64,000 bases of DNA. Source: Candidatus Avelusimicrobium pecoris (GTDB lineage: Bacteria; Elusimicrobiota; Elusimicrobia; Elusimicrobiales; Elusimicrobiaceae). The translations under genes and the position numbers were made by a program. The stretch spans positions 4,179 to 68,178 of the forward strand of contig CACWMG010000002.1 in NCBI GenBank assembly GCA_902761975.1, read 5' to 3'. Positions 32,599-46,141 of this stretch are shown piece after piece. Positions within the stretch are counted from its first letter, which is position 1; every line of letters begins with the position of its first letter. The notes beneath the pieces are model-generated. The model saw only the letters and a program-made list of their open reading frames with translations. It was not told the origin of the DNA and did not search any database.

Positions 32599-33093
32599 AT
32601 GGAAGATTTGTTAAAACCGGATGTTGGCGTACTACTGCTGACGGTTTGTAACTTTTTATTATTGGTGTTTTTGCTGAAAAAATTTGCCTGGGGGCCGATT
32701 ATCGGCGCCTTGGAAAAACGCGAAAACCAAATAGAAAGCGACAAACAAACCGCCGCTAACGCACGCCAAAGTGCCGAAGAACTTAAAAAAGAGTTGGACG
32801 AACGCTTGGCCCAAATTTCAAACGAAGCCGCGCAAAAAATGGCCGCGGCTGTGAAAGCGGGCGAAGCACAAAAAGAACAACTCTTGGCGCAGGCAAAAGA
32901 ACAAACCGAGCGGATGTTACAACAGGCCAAAGCGCAAATAGAGGCCGAAAAAAACCAAGCCTTGGCCGACGTGCGCGGAGAAATTGCACAGCTTAGTTTG
33001 CTAGCGGCCGCGCGTGTAATGCAGCGGCAAGTAAAAGAGGATACCGCTGACCAAATTGTCGCCCAAGTGCTAGAAGAGGTAAAAAGAAAATAA
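32599..33093 (+). CDS. atpF: ATP synthase subunit b
   Basis: N-terminal TM helix, KFAWGPI..LEKRE, coiled coil. Confidence 0.95.
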   Translation: MEDLLKPDVGVLLLTVCNFLLLVFLLKKFAWGPIIGALEKRENQIESDKQTAANARQSAEELKKELDERLAQISNEAAQKMAAAVKAGEAQKEQLLAQAKEQTERMLQQAKAQIEAEKNQALADVRGEIAQLSLLAAARVMQRQVKEDTADQIVAQVLEEVKRK

Positions 33094-33094
33094 T

Positions 33095-35153
<2,059 letters not shown>

Positions 35154-35162
35154 GGAGAATCT

Positions 35163-36104
35163 ATGGAAAACAATAAAAACAGAAAAAAATATTTAGTAAC
35201 GGGCGGAGCCGGATTTATTGGCAGTAACATTGCCAAAACCTTAGAAGCCCAAGGGCACGAAGTAACCGTGCTGGACGATTTTGCCAAAAACGGAAACTTT
35301 AAAAACTTAATCGGTTTTAAGGGAGACGTGATTACGGCGGATTTATTCCAACAAGTTCCCATGGATATGTATTTTGATGCCATTTTCCACGAGGCCGCTA
35401 TTACCGATACTACGGTAAAAGACCAAAAAGCCATGATGGAACAAAACGTGGAAGCGTTTAAGAATTTGCTGAATTTTGCCGCCGAAAACGACATTAAAAA
35501 AGTGGTATATGCCTCTTCCGCCGCTACCTACGGAAACGGACCGGTGCCCAACGTGGAAACGCAACCTACCCACCCCGAAAATGTGTATGGGTTTTCTAAA
35601 GCGATTATGGACAATGTGGCCCGCCAATTTGCCGGGGATAACCACGATATGACCATTATTGGGCTACGTTATTTTAACGTGTATGGACCGGGTGAATATT
35701 ACAAAGGCAAAATGGCCAGTATGATTTATCAGCTCTATTTGCAAATGAAAGAAGGCAAGCGCCCGCGCGTGTTTAAAATGGGCGAACAACAACGCGATTT
35801 TGTGTACGTAAAAGATATTGTTAAAATTAACCTCTGCGCGCTCACTAACGGTAAAGAAACCGGCGTGTATAACGCCGCTACCGGCATCCCGCGCAACTTT
35901 AACGAAATTATTGCGTGCCTGAACAAAGAAATGGGTACGAATCTGGAGCCGGAATATATTGATAACCCGTATAAGGATTTCTTCCAGGTGAAAACTCAGG
36001 CGGATATTACCAAGTCTAAAGAGAAATTGGGATACACGCCCGATTACACGTTAGAAGCCGGGATTGCCGACTACGTGAAAATTTTAAAAGCAGAAAACAG
36101 ATAA
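35163..36104 (+). CDS. rfaD: ADP-L-glycero-D-manno-heptose 6-epimerase (extended SDR)
   Basis: VTGGAGFIGSN, YASSAATYG, YGFSK, LRYFNVYGP.E..KGKMAS, RDFVYV. Confidence 0.85.
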   Translation: MENNKNRKKYLVTGGAGFIGSNIAKTLEAQGHEVTVLDDFAKNGNFKNLIGFKGDVITADLFQQVPMDMYFDAIFHEAAITDTTVKDQKAMMEQNVEAFKNLLNFAAENDIKKVVYASSAATYGNGPVPNVETQPTHPENVYGFSKAIMDNVARQFAGDNHDMTIIGLRYFNVYGPGEYYKGKMASMIYQLYLQMKEGKRPRVFKMGEQQRDFVYVKDIVKINLCALTNGKETGVYNAATGIPRNFNEIIACLNKEMGTNLEPEYIDNPYKDFFQVKTQADITKSKEKLGYTPDYTLEAGIADYVKILKAENR

Positions 36105-36105
36105 T

Positions 36106-38439
<2,334 letters not shown>

Positions 38440-38440
<1 letters not shown>

Positions 38441-38853
38441 TGGCAGACAAAAAACTGACCCTTAATTTAATTACGCCCGAAAAACAGCTCATCACGGATA
38501 AGCCGGTGGATATGGTGATTTTGCCGGCGTTGCTGGGCGAAATGGGAATTTTACCCGGGCACGTGAAAACCGTGGTACAGTTGGGGCTGGGGTCACTACG
38601 CTATAAGGCAGACGGCAAAGAGGAAGAATTTGCCGCGTTGGGCGGGTTTGTGGAAGTGCTTAACGACGTGGTAAATGTGTTTGCCGAAAGCGCCGCCTTG
38701 GCGGGCGAAATTGACGAGGAAAAAGAACGCCAACGCATTAAGGCGCTCAAGGATTCACTATCTAACAAAGATGCGGACATTGATTTTGAGTTGGCCGAAA
38801 TTGAGATTAAACAGGCTATTGCCCGCATGAAAGTGAAAAAGAAACGGATGTAA
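38440..38853 (+). CDS. atpC: ATP synthase subunit epsilon
   Basis: ITPE, GEMGILPGH, GGFVEV. Confidence 0.95.
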
Positions 38854-38855
38854 GA

Positions 38856-39190
38856 ACTTCCCGGTGATGTACCTTTGTAACGGTAGGGTTTCAAACACGT
38901 AAAGTATTTGAAACCCTACTCGTTTTCCGGGCAACCATTTGCCACATTTGAGCATCTTTGCACCGACTTGCCACTCGACGCACCTAGCAGTGCGCCTTCG
39001 GGCAACTTACGGTGCAAATCTATCTCAAATCTGACAAATCAGCCCACCAAACACTTTACTCGGTGATGTTGCGGACGACATAACATTTAACTTTTCCCGC
39101 CAAACTGGGTTAGAATTTGAAAAATCAGCTCACTTTTAGTGTTCCCTTGTGTTTGGGGAAGTGCGGTGTTACCAGTAAAAAGGTTGTACC
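38856..39190 (-). repeat. Dispersed rod-hairpin element: truncated head plus full rod (copy 6)
   Basis: Reverse complement aligns to 12985-13255; hairpin 38883-38919. Confidence 0.85.
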
Positions 39191-39317
39191 CAGGCGCGAC
39201 AAATCAGTCAACCGTAAGTTTTACCCGGGCACGCTTTTTCTATGAATTTCCGTTATATGGCTTGCTTGCGAATTTGAAAACTTTCTCTGCTAAGTATTTT
39301 AGTGCTTTTTGTTGCCG

Positions 39318-40019
39318 TTAATACACGTAAATAGTATCTAAGCCGCTTGCTCCTTTTGCTTTATTTGTTTCACTTTGGCACACTTTAGCTGCCAAAGAAG
39401 AGTCTGCATTCACCACCTCACACCGTCGGGCGTCCGGTAAGTAAGTAGCATGGTGTAAAATAGCTCTATATAATATTTCATTGTTCCAAATGCATACAAT
39501 TTCCGTGGAAGGAGCCGCTGAGAGATAACAGAATGCTTCTTGGCCGCCCCAAGAATATCTAAGATGTCTTTTGGATGTATTTTCGCTTTCTATGTTTCCA
39601 CTGGGCATACTAATATCCAGTGCCGAAAAATCATCTGCATATTTTTCATTTGCCAAGTAATATAATTCTTGAGCTTTTGCTATACTCTCAACCACAGTTT
39701 TTAATTGTACGAACCGACTTTTCATTACGGCTTTTTGGTATTGCGGCACGGCGACGGCGGCAAGAATACCAATAATCAGCACCACGACTAAGAGCTCAAT
39801 GAGGGTAAAGCCGCTATGCCCGCTATGTCCCGCATAGATTGCCGCCCGCAGGGTCGGGGTGACGGAGCGGGTGGTAAAGATGAACGATTTCCCCCTCACC
39901 CGGCACTGCGTGCCACCCTCTCCCTCCAGGGGCGAGGGGGAAAATAAGGTGGAGATCCCCGACGGAAACACTCGGGGATGACAGCCTTTTTTTATAACTA
40001 GATTTCTGTTTTGCATCAT
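39318..40019 (-). CDS. Type IV pilin (PilE-like) with 70-aa repeat-derived leader
   Basis: G|FTLIELLVVVLIIGILAAVAVPQYQKAV; AAGGAG RBS before ATG 40019; C-terminal Cys residues. Confidence 0.93.
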   Translation of the reverse strand: MMQNRNLVIKKGCHPRVFPSGISTLFSPSPLEGEGGTQCRVRGKSFIFTTRSVTPTLRAAIYAGHSGHSGFTLIELLVVVLIIGILAAVAVPQYQKAVMKSRFVQLKTVVESIAKAQELYYLANEKYADDFSALDISMPSGNIESENTSKRHLRYSWGGQEAFCYLSAAPSTEIVCIWNNEILYRAILHHATYLPDARRCEVVNADSSLAAKVCQSETNKAKGASGLDTIYVY

Positions 40020-40300
40020 ACGTTCTCCTTTTGGATGTTGGGTTGGCACCCAACCTATATTTCAATTTACCCGCTTGGAAAACGTATGCAAAAACGGCGG
40101 CTATACTCAGTGCCTGCGACAGTCCTGAGGATAACAGCCGTAGTTTCCCACCGCAGGGTGGGAAACACTCGGCACACACGGACCGTCGTCCCTGTGTGCC
40201 TGATATCGGCTGTTTTTGGAGTCGCAGACAACTCAATTGAGTGACCTGTATTCTTGCAATACAGTTCCAAAAACAAGTTAAATTGTACCCATAGTGTAGC
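40020..40300 (-). ncRNA. Putative structured cis-regulatory RNA leader with promoter, copy 1
   Basis: TGcTACACT -10 box; multi-helix fold covarying with 56220-56510. Confidence 0.65.
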
Positions 40301-40369
40301 AAAAAATGTGCAAAGTTTGTATAATATATCTACCAAATTTAATTTATTTTTAGGCAAGAGTTAAACAAA

Positions 40370-41770
40370 ATGGTAGCCAAAAATAGAAGTGTTTTAATCC
40401 TCGCGGCCGGCAAAGGCACGCGGATGAAGTCCTCCCTCCCCAAACCGCTCCACGCGGTATGTGGGTTCCCCATTTTAGCACATATTTTACGTGCCGCCCA
40501 GGAACTAAACCCGGCGGCTATAGGTGTTGTAATTGGTCATGGGGCCGAACAGGTCAAACAAACCGTTTTAGATAATCTGTCCGCTTGGGGCATTACCGCC
40601 CCGGTGGAATTTTATGAGCAAACCGAACTGGCCGGGTCCGGCTCGGCCGTCAAAGCCGCGTTGCCGTTTTTGCAAAAACAGGAAAGCGTATTAGTGTTGG
40701 CCGGCGATACGCCGCTACTTAAAGCCGACACGTTGGCACAAATGTATGCCCAGTTTGAGGCGCAACAAGCCGGCACGTTAGTACTGGCGGTAAAAGTACC
40801 CAATCCGGCCGGATATGGGCGCATTGTGCGCGACGGGCAAAACAATTTTGAAAAAATTGTAGAAGAGGCCGACGCGGACGAAACCACTAAACAGATTGAC
40901 GAAATCAATAGCGGTATGTATGTATTTAACAGTGCCTCTTTGGTAAAAGCACTGGGGCAATTAACCCCGCAAGGGCCCAAGCACGAGTATTATTTAACCG
41001 ATACCCTTTCTTTTATTAAACAAACCGGACTGCCGGCGGTGGTATTTACGTCTAAGGACTTTGAACAAGCGTTAGGCGTTAACAGCCGCGTGCAACTGGC
41101 GCAGGCCGCGCAAATTATGCGCGCACGCATTAATGAGTTTCACATGGATAACGGCGTTACGCTTATTAACCCGCAAGACACGTATATTGACGCGGGAGTG
41201 GAAATTGGTGCGGACACGGTAATTGCGTCGGGCTGTTATTTACTAGGGAACACCAAAATCGGCCCGAACTGCACGTTAGAGAGCAGTGTGTATGTAAACA
41301 ACTCCACCATTGCTAACGACGTAACTTTAAAATTGGGTACGTACATTGAAGAAAGCGAAGTGGCCGAAACGTGCCAACTGGGGCCGTATGCGCATTTGCG
41401 CCCCAAATCGGTACTGAAAAAAGGTGCTAAAGTAGGCAATTTTTCTGAAATTAAAAAAGCGGTCATTGGGGAAGGGTCCAAGGTGAACCATTTAAGCTAT
41501 ATTGGCGACACCCAAATGGGTGCCGAGGTAAATGTAGGCGCGGGGACCATTACCTGCAATTATGACGGCAAAAACAAACACACCACCGTTATTGAAGACC
41601 ATGTGTTTGTAGGGTCTAACGTGAATTTTGTAGCACCGGTTACGGTGCACGAATATGCAAAAATCGGCGCGGGGTCAACCATTACCAAGGAAGTAAGTGC
41701 CCAAGGATTGGCGATTGCACGCTCGCGTCAGGTAGTGCTAGAAAATAAAGGTGTAAAGAAAAATGACTAA
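40370..41770 (+). CDS. glmU: Bifunctional GlmU
   Basis: LAAGKGTRMKS, GYGRIVR, EYYLTD, NYDG, hexapeptide repeats. Confidence 0.98.
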   Translation: MVAKNRSVLILAAGKGTRMKSSLPKPLHAVCGFPILAHILRAAQELNPAAIGVVIGHGAEQVKQTVLDNLSAWGITAPVEFYEQTELAGSGSAVKAALPFLQKQESVLVLAGDTPLLKADTLAQMYAQFEAQQAGTLVLAVKVPNPAGYGRIVRDGQNNFEKIVEEADADETTKQIDEINSGMYVFNSASLVKALGQLTPQGPKHEYYLTDTLSFIKQTGLPAVVFTSKDFEQALGVNSRVQLAQAAQIMRARINEFHMDNGVTLINPQDTYIDAGVEIGADTVIASGCYLLGNTKIGPNCTLESSVYVNNSTIANDVTLKLGTYIEESEVAETCQLGPYAHLRPKSVLKKGAKVGNFSEIKKAVIGEGSKVNHLSYIGDTQMGAEVNVGAGTITCNYDGKNKHTTVIEDHVFVGSNVNFVAPVTVHEYAKIGAGSTITKEVSAQGLAIARSRQVVLENKGVKKND

Positions 41771-42707
41771 AAGCGTAAACGGCGACTTGCGCATCTTTTC
41801 CGGCAATGCAAATTTGCCCTTAGCCCAGAAAATTTGCGAACACTTAAATATAGAACTAGGCAAACTGCATGTGGAACGGTTTGCCGACGGCGAAGTAGAT
41901 GTGCAGATTTTGGAATCTGTACGCGCGCACGATTGCTATATCATTCAGCCCACGTGCCCGCCCGTCAACGAAAATTTGATGGAACTTTTAATTATGATTG
42001 ACGCGTTTAAACGCGCCAGTGCGGGTAAAATTACCGCCGTTATCCCCTATTTTGGATATGCGCGTGCCGACCGTAAATCGTCCCCGCGTGTGCCGATTAC
42101 CGCTAAACTGGCCAGTAACTTAATTACCGAGGCTGGGGCCGACCGCATTATGGCGATTGACTTGCACGCCGGGCAAATCCAGGGGTTTTTTGACATTCCC
42201 GTGGACCACCTTAGAGCGCGCAAAGTGTTTTTGGATTATTTCCAAAACTTTAAACGCGAAGATTTAGTAGTCATTTCCCCCGACGTGGGCGGCGTGGAAC
42301 GCGCCCGCAAATTTGCCGCTAAAATGGATGCGGGGCTGGTGATTATTGATAAACGCCGCCCTAAACCTAACGAGGCGGTGGTCTATAACGTCATTGGGGA
42401 CGTGAAAGACAAAGTGTGTATTATTTTTGATGATATTGTGGATACAGCCGGAACGCTGACCACCGTAGCTAATAAAATCAAAGAACAGGGTGCGCGCGAA
42501 GTATATGCGGCGTGTGCCCATGGGTTGTTATCGCGCAATGCGTTGGAACGGATTGATCAAAGTGCCATTAAAAAATTGATTATTACCGATTCCTTGCCCG
42601 TGCGGGATTTAGGCCCAAAAGTGGAAACGCTGTCCGTAGCCCATATTTTGGCGGACGCTATCCAACGCAACCACGATGGACAATCCATCAGTGGGATGTT
42701 TAACTAA
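41763..42707 (+). CDS. prs: Ribose-phosphate pyrophosphokinase
   Basis: FADGE, PYFGYARADRK, DLHAGQIQGFF, DDIVDTAGT. Confidence 0.98.
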   Translation: MTKSVNGDLRIFSGNANLPLAQKICEHLNIELGKLHVERFADGEVDVQILESVRAHDCYIIQPTCPPVNENLMELLIMIDAFKRASAGKITAVIPYFGYARADRKSSPRVPITAKLASNLITEAGADRIMAIDLHAGQIQGFFDIPVDHLRARKVFLDYFQNFKREDLVVISPDVGGVERARKFAAKMDAGLVIIDKRRPKPNEAVVYNVIGDVKDKVCIIFDDIVDTAGTLTTVANKIKEQGAREVYAACAHGLLSRNALERIDQSAIKKLIITDSLPVRDLGPKVETLSVAHILADAIQRNHDGQSISGMFN

Positions 42708-42734
42708 TTTCTAATAACTTGGAGGAAAGTAAAG

Positions 42735-43415
42735 ATGGAAAAAGTAGCAATCTCTGCCACCGCCCGCGAAGGCATTGGCGTAAAAGGGGCTCTTTCTAAA
42801 ATTAGAGCCGAAAAAAATGTACCGGCCGTAGTGTACGGCGGGCACAAAGAACCTGTTAGCGTAACCGTAAGCGTAAAAGATTTAGATAAAATCATTAAAG
42901 CCGGTAAAAATACGTTAGTAGAAATTTCTTTAAACGGGGCCCAAGAACTGGCCTTGGTAAAAGAAGTACAATACCACGCGGTAACCGATAAACCGATCCA
43001 TGCCGATTTTCAACGCGTAAGCATGAAAGACAAAATGGACGTGGTGGTACCGATCCGCTTGGAAGGAACTTCCCCGGATATTGCCCAATACGGCGCTATT
43101 GTGGAACACATTATGCGCGAAATTGAAGTACGCGCCTTGGTAAGTGCTATCCCGCACGAAATTGTGGTAGATACCACCGCTATGACCATTAACAAAGGGA
43201 TTGTAGCCGGCGATATTAAACTGCCCGAAGGCGTGGAACTGAAAACCGACAAAGAAGCCCCGGTGGTGCACTTGGCTATCCCGAAAGATGAAGAAACCCC
43301 CGCTCCTGCCGCCGCCGCTACGGACGCGGCCGCTCAGCCGGAAAGCTCTTCTACCAAAGGGAAGAAAGACGAAGAAGGGAACCTTACCAAAGGGACCGAC
43401 GCGGCTAAGAAATAG
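42735..43415 (+). CDS. rplY: 50S ribosomal protein L25/Ctc
   Basis: VPAVVYG, HADF; prs-rplY-pth synteny. Confidence 0.95.
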   Translation: MEKVAISATAREGIGVKGALSKIRAEKNVPAVVYGGHKEPVSVTVSVKDLDKIIKAGKNTLVEISLNGAQELALVKEVQYHAVTDKPIHADFQRVSMKDKMDVVVPIRLEGTSPDIAQYGAIVEHIMREIEVRALVSAIPHEIVVDTTAMTINKGIVAGDIKLPEGVELKTDKEAPVVHLAIPKDEETPAPAAAATDAAAQPESSSTKGKKDEEGNLTKGTDAAKK

Positions 43416-43418
43416 TCT

Positions 43419-43979
43419 ATGCAATACCTCCTGGTGGGGCTGGGTAATCCCGGCGCTGAGTATGAACGGACGCGGCACAATGTGGGGTTCCGCATGGTGG
43501 AAGCGGCCGGACAGAAATGGGGCGTGCAGTGGCAACCTTGGCAAAAACTGGGAGTGTACGGCAAAGTATCCGTGGCAGGGAAGGACGTTTTCTTGTTGAA
43601 ACCCTACACGTATATGAATTTATCGGGTCAGGCTGTGAGCAGCCTGGCCCGGTTTTATAAAATTCCGCCTGAAAGAGTGATAGTATGCTTTGATGATGTA
43701 TCCCTGGCGGTTGGAAAACTGCGCCTGCGCGGCAGTGGCTCGGCCGGCGGCCAAAAAGGGATGAAGAGCATTATTGAACAATTGGGTACCGATAACATTG
43801 CGCGATTGCGCTGTGGAATTGGGCCCAAACCCGAGAAATTTGATTTGGCTAACTTTGTGCTGGGGAAATTTTCCCGCGAAGAAGAAACGTTGTTAGCCCC
43901 TACCTTGGAGCGTGCGGTCTTGGCGCTAGAAACCTATTTTAAAGACGGCCTGGAGAAGGCCATGAACGGGTTTAATTAA
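43419..43979 (+). CDS. pth: Peptidyl-tRNA hydrolase
   Basis: VGLGNPG, TRHNVGF, KPYTYMNLSG. Confidence 0.97.
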   Translation: MQYLLVGLGNPGAEYERTRHNVGFRMVEAAGQKWGVQWQPWQKLGVYGKVSVAGKDVFLLKPYTYMNLSGQAVSSLARFYKIPPERVIVCFDDVSLAVGKLRLRGSGSAGGQKGMKSIIEQLGTDNIARLRCGIGPKPEKFDLANFVLGKFSREEETLLAPTLERAVLALETYFKDGLEKAMNGFN

Positions 43980-43998
43980 AACCACTTGATATCCAACG

Positions 43999-44030
43999 TA
44001 AAAGCCCGCCTCATGTTAGGCGGGCTTTTA
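43999..44030. terminator. Bidirectional intrinsic terminator
   Basis: AAAGCCCGCCT..AGGCGGGCTTT between convergent genes. Confidence 0.85.
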
Positions 44031-44036
44031 GCTATT

Positions 44037-45452
44037 TTATTTGCTTTCAAAGGCCATGCAACAGTTGCCCAGCATGCATTTACTGCAGTTGCATAAACTT
44101 TGCGCCACACGCAACGCGGCAAGGAGTTTGCGCGCAAAATCCGTTAAGGTCGGGTCACGCGCGCCCAGGACGAGCAGAATATCGCCCGGTTTGGCGGCGG
44201 CCGCCATTTGCGCTAAAATGCGCTCGCGGCAGGCCTCGTAATCCACATTTACCCCGCGCTTTTTAAGCCCGTCATACACGGTTTTGCACGTAATCCCTTC
44301 AGGGATTGTGCCGCCGGGGTAATACACTTCCGTGAGCCATAGGTGGTCATCCGGCCCGATACTCTTGGCAAAGCTGTCCACAAATTCGTGCGATAATAGT
44401 TTGATAGACGTGAACGCGTGGGGTTGGTAAAACGCCAGTACGCGTTTGCCGCGCAAATGCGCCGCGGCAATGGTGGCGGCTAGTTTGTGCGGGTTGTGGG
44501 CAAAATCGTCCACCACTTCAATTTTGTTGTAACTGCCGATAGAGGCAAAACGGCGGGCAATCCCGGTAAATTTATTTAAGGCTTGGGCACAGGTTTGTAA
44601 ATCTACGCCCATGTGCAAGGCGGCCGCTACGGCGGCGGTGGCGTTGGCCACGTTGTGCACACCGGGGATTTGCAAGCGGAAGGGTTGGCCGTTAATGGTA
44701 AAGTCCGAGCCGAAACCGTCCACCTTGATATCCGTGGGGTGCACGTCTCCTAGGGAAATACCAAACGATTTATCCCCGCCTAAGGCGCGCAGGTTTTCTT
44801 CTTCCGCGTTAATGATGGCGGTTTTGCAGTGGGAGATAAATTCTTTAAAATAGCCTTGTAAAATGTTAATTTCTTTGTGGTCTTTTTGCAAGTTAAGGCA
44901 CAGGCCCAGGTAGGGCTGATATTTGACGATAGAGCCGTCGCTCTCGTCGGCCTCAATAACTAAAATATCGCTATTGCCTTTATAGACGTTGCCAAAAACG
45001 CCCTGTTCTTTTTGTAACGACAAAATAGCCGCGCCCGTAATTACAGACGGAGACAGGCCCGCAAAGGCCAAAATATCGTACACCATGGCGGTGGTGGTGC
45101 TTTTGCCACTGGTGCCGGAAACGGCAATCGTGCGGTGTTGGGCTACGTGTTGGGCGAGTAGTTCGCTGCGGTGCATGGTGCGGATGCCCAGTTGTTTGGC
45201 TTTGATAAGCTCCGGGTTGTCTTCTTCAATAGCGGAGGACAAAATAACCAGTTCGGTTTTTTCGTCAATGCCGCTACCGTCCTGCGGGAAGAGTTTAATG
45301 TTTAATTTTTTAAGGTAATCCCACAGGGCCATATCGGTGTAGCCCTTGCTAATCAAACGGTCCGAGCCGGTAACTTCGTCGGCCCCCATGGCGTGAAGTT
45401 GGGCAAGGGCGCTCATCCCTACGCCGCCAATTCCTACAAAGTGTATTTTCAT
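44037..45452 (-). CDS. murC: UDP-N-acetylmuramate--L-alanine ligase (MurC family)
   Basis: VGIGGVGMSALA, GTSGKSTTT, EADESD, DDFAHNP, YQPH. Confidence 0.85.
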   Translation of the reverse strand: MKIHFVGIGGVGMSALAQLHAMGADEVTGSDRLISKGYTDMALWDYLKKLNIKLFPQDGSGIDEKTELVILSSAIEEDNPELIKAKQLGIRTMHRSELLAQHVAQHRTIAVSGTSGKSTTTAMVYDILAFAGLSPSVITGAAILSLQKEQGVFGNVYKGNSDILVIEADESDGSIVKYQPYLGLCLNLQKDHKEINILQGYFKEFISHCKTAIINAEEENLRALGGDKSFGISLGDVHPTDIKVDGFGSDFTINGQPFRLQIPGVHNVANATAAVAAALHMGVDLQTCAQALNKFTGIARRFASIGSYNKIEVVDDFAHNPHKLAATIAAAHLRGKRVLAFYQPHAFTSIKLLSHEFVDSFAKSIGPDDHLWLTEVYYPGGTIPEGITCKTVYDGLKKRGVNVDYEACRERILAQMAAAAKPGDILLVLGARDPTLTDFARKLLAALRVAQSLCNCSKCMLGNCCMAFESK

Positions 45453-46141
45453 TTTTTCAGTTCCTTTAGTTTAAATTTTGCAAAATCGCTCATAGTATAA
45501 AAACCACCCTCGCGCTTGACGAGCCACGCGGTAATGTCCAGCACAGAGGCGGCAAATAAATCGCGGTTGGTGGCCTTGTGCGTGAGGGTAATTTCATCCA
45601 AGGCAGAGGTTAACGTAGCTTGGTGTGTGCCGACGGTTTCGCCAATGCGCTCGTACGTTACTTGCTCGGCGGGTAAATTCATTTCCGCCGCCAGGCGCTT
45701 GGCGGTACCGCTGGGGGCGTCTTTTTTGTGCACGTGGTGAATTTCGTGCAAGGCTTTTTGGTAGCCCTTGTACATGTTGCACGCCTGTTTAACAAGCTCG
45801 GTAAAAAAGTACACGCTTAGGCTTACGTTTGGGGCAAAAAATACGGGAATTTTTTCTTCCGACTGTAAGCTAAACAAAAACGTTTCGGGCAAGTTGGTGG
45901 TGCCGGTTAAAAAGGGTTTTTTGTGTTTTTTGGCAAGCAAAAAAGCCTCTTGCGCGCCTTGCGGGGTGGAAAAATCCACGACGACGTCAAACGGCTCTGT
46001 CACGTCCGTTTGGCCGGCTTCACGCGTGGCGCAAACAAGCAGGTTTTTTTGCGGATTTTCGGCAATCAGCCGCGCAATGGCACGGCCCATTTTGCCTTGG
46101 GCTCCGTTTAACAGCACACGGATTTGCGTTTGTTTTTTCAT
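45449..46141 (-). CDS. dapB: 4-hydroxy-tetrahydrodipicolinate reductase
   Basis: GAQGKMG, DFSTP, EIHHVHKKDAPSGTA. Confidence 0.95.
   Translation of the reverse strand: MKKQTQIRVLLNGAQGKMGRAIARLIAENPQKNLLVCATREAGQTDVTEPFDVVVDFSTPQGAQEAFLLAKKHKKPFLTGTTNLPETFLFSLQSEEKIPVFFAPNVSLSVYFFTELVKQACNMYKGYQKALHEIHHVHKKDAPSGTAKRLAAEMNLPAEQVTYERIGETVGTHQATLTSALDEITLTHKATNRDLFAASVLDITAWLVKREGGFYTMSDFAKFKLKELKK

Noticed and set aside
38550-38560. CACGTGAAAAC in atpC as a fifth parS
   Set aside because: Only a partial match, inside coding sequence
39984-39992. KKG as proof of the ancestral cleavage site of pilin 1
   Set aside because: Similar AAGGCTGTCAT flanks occur at intergenic REP copies (e.g. 51265-51275), so it may belong to the repeat
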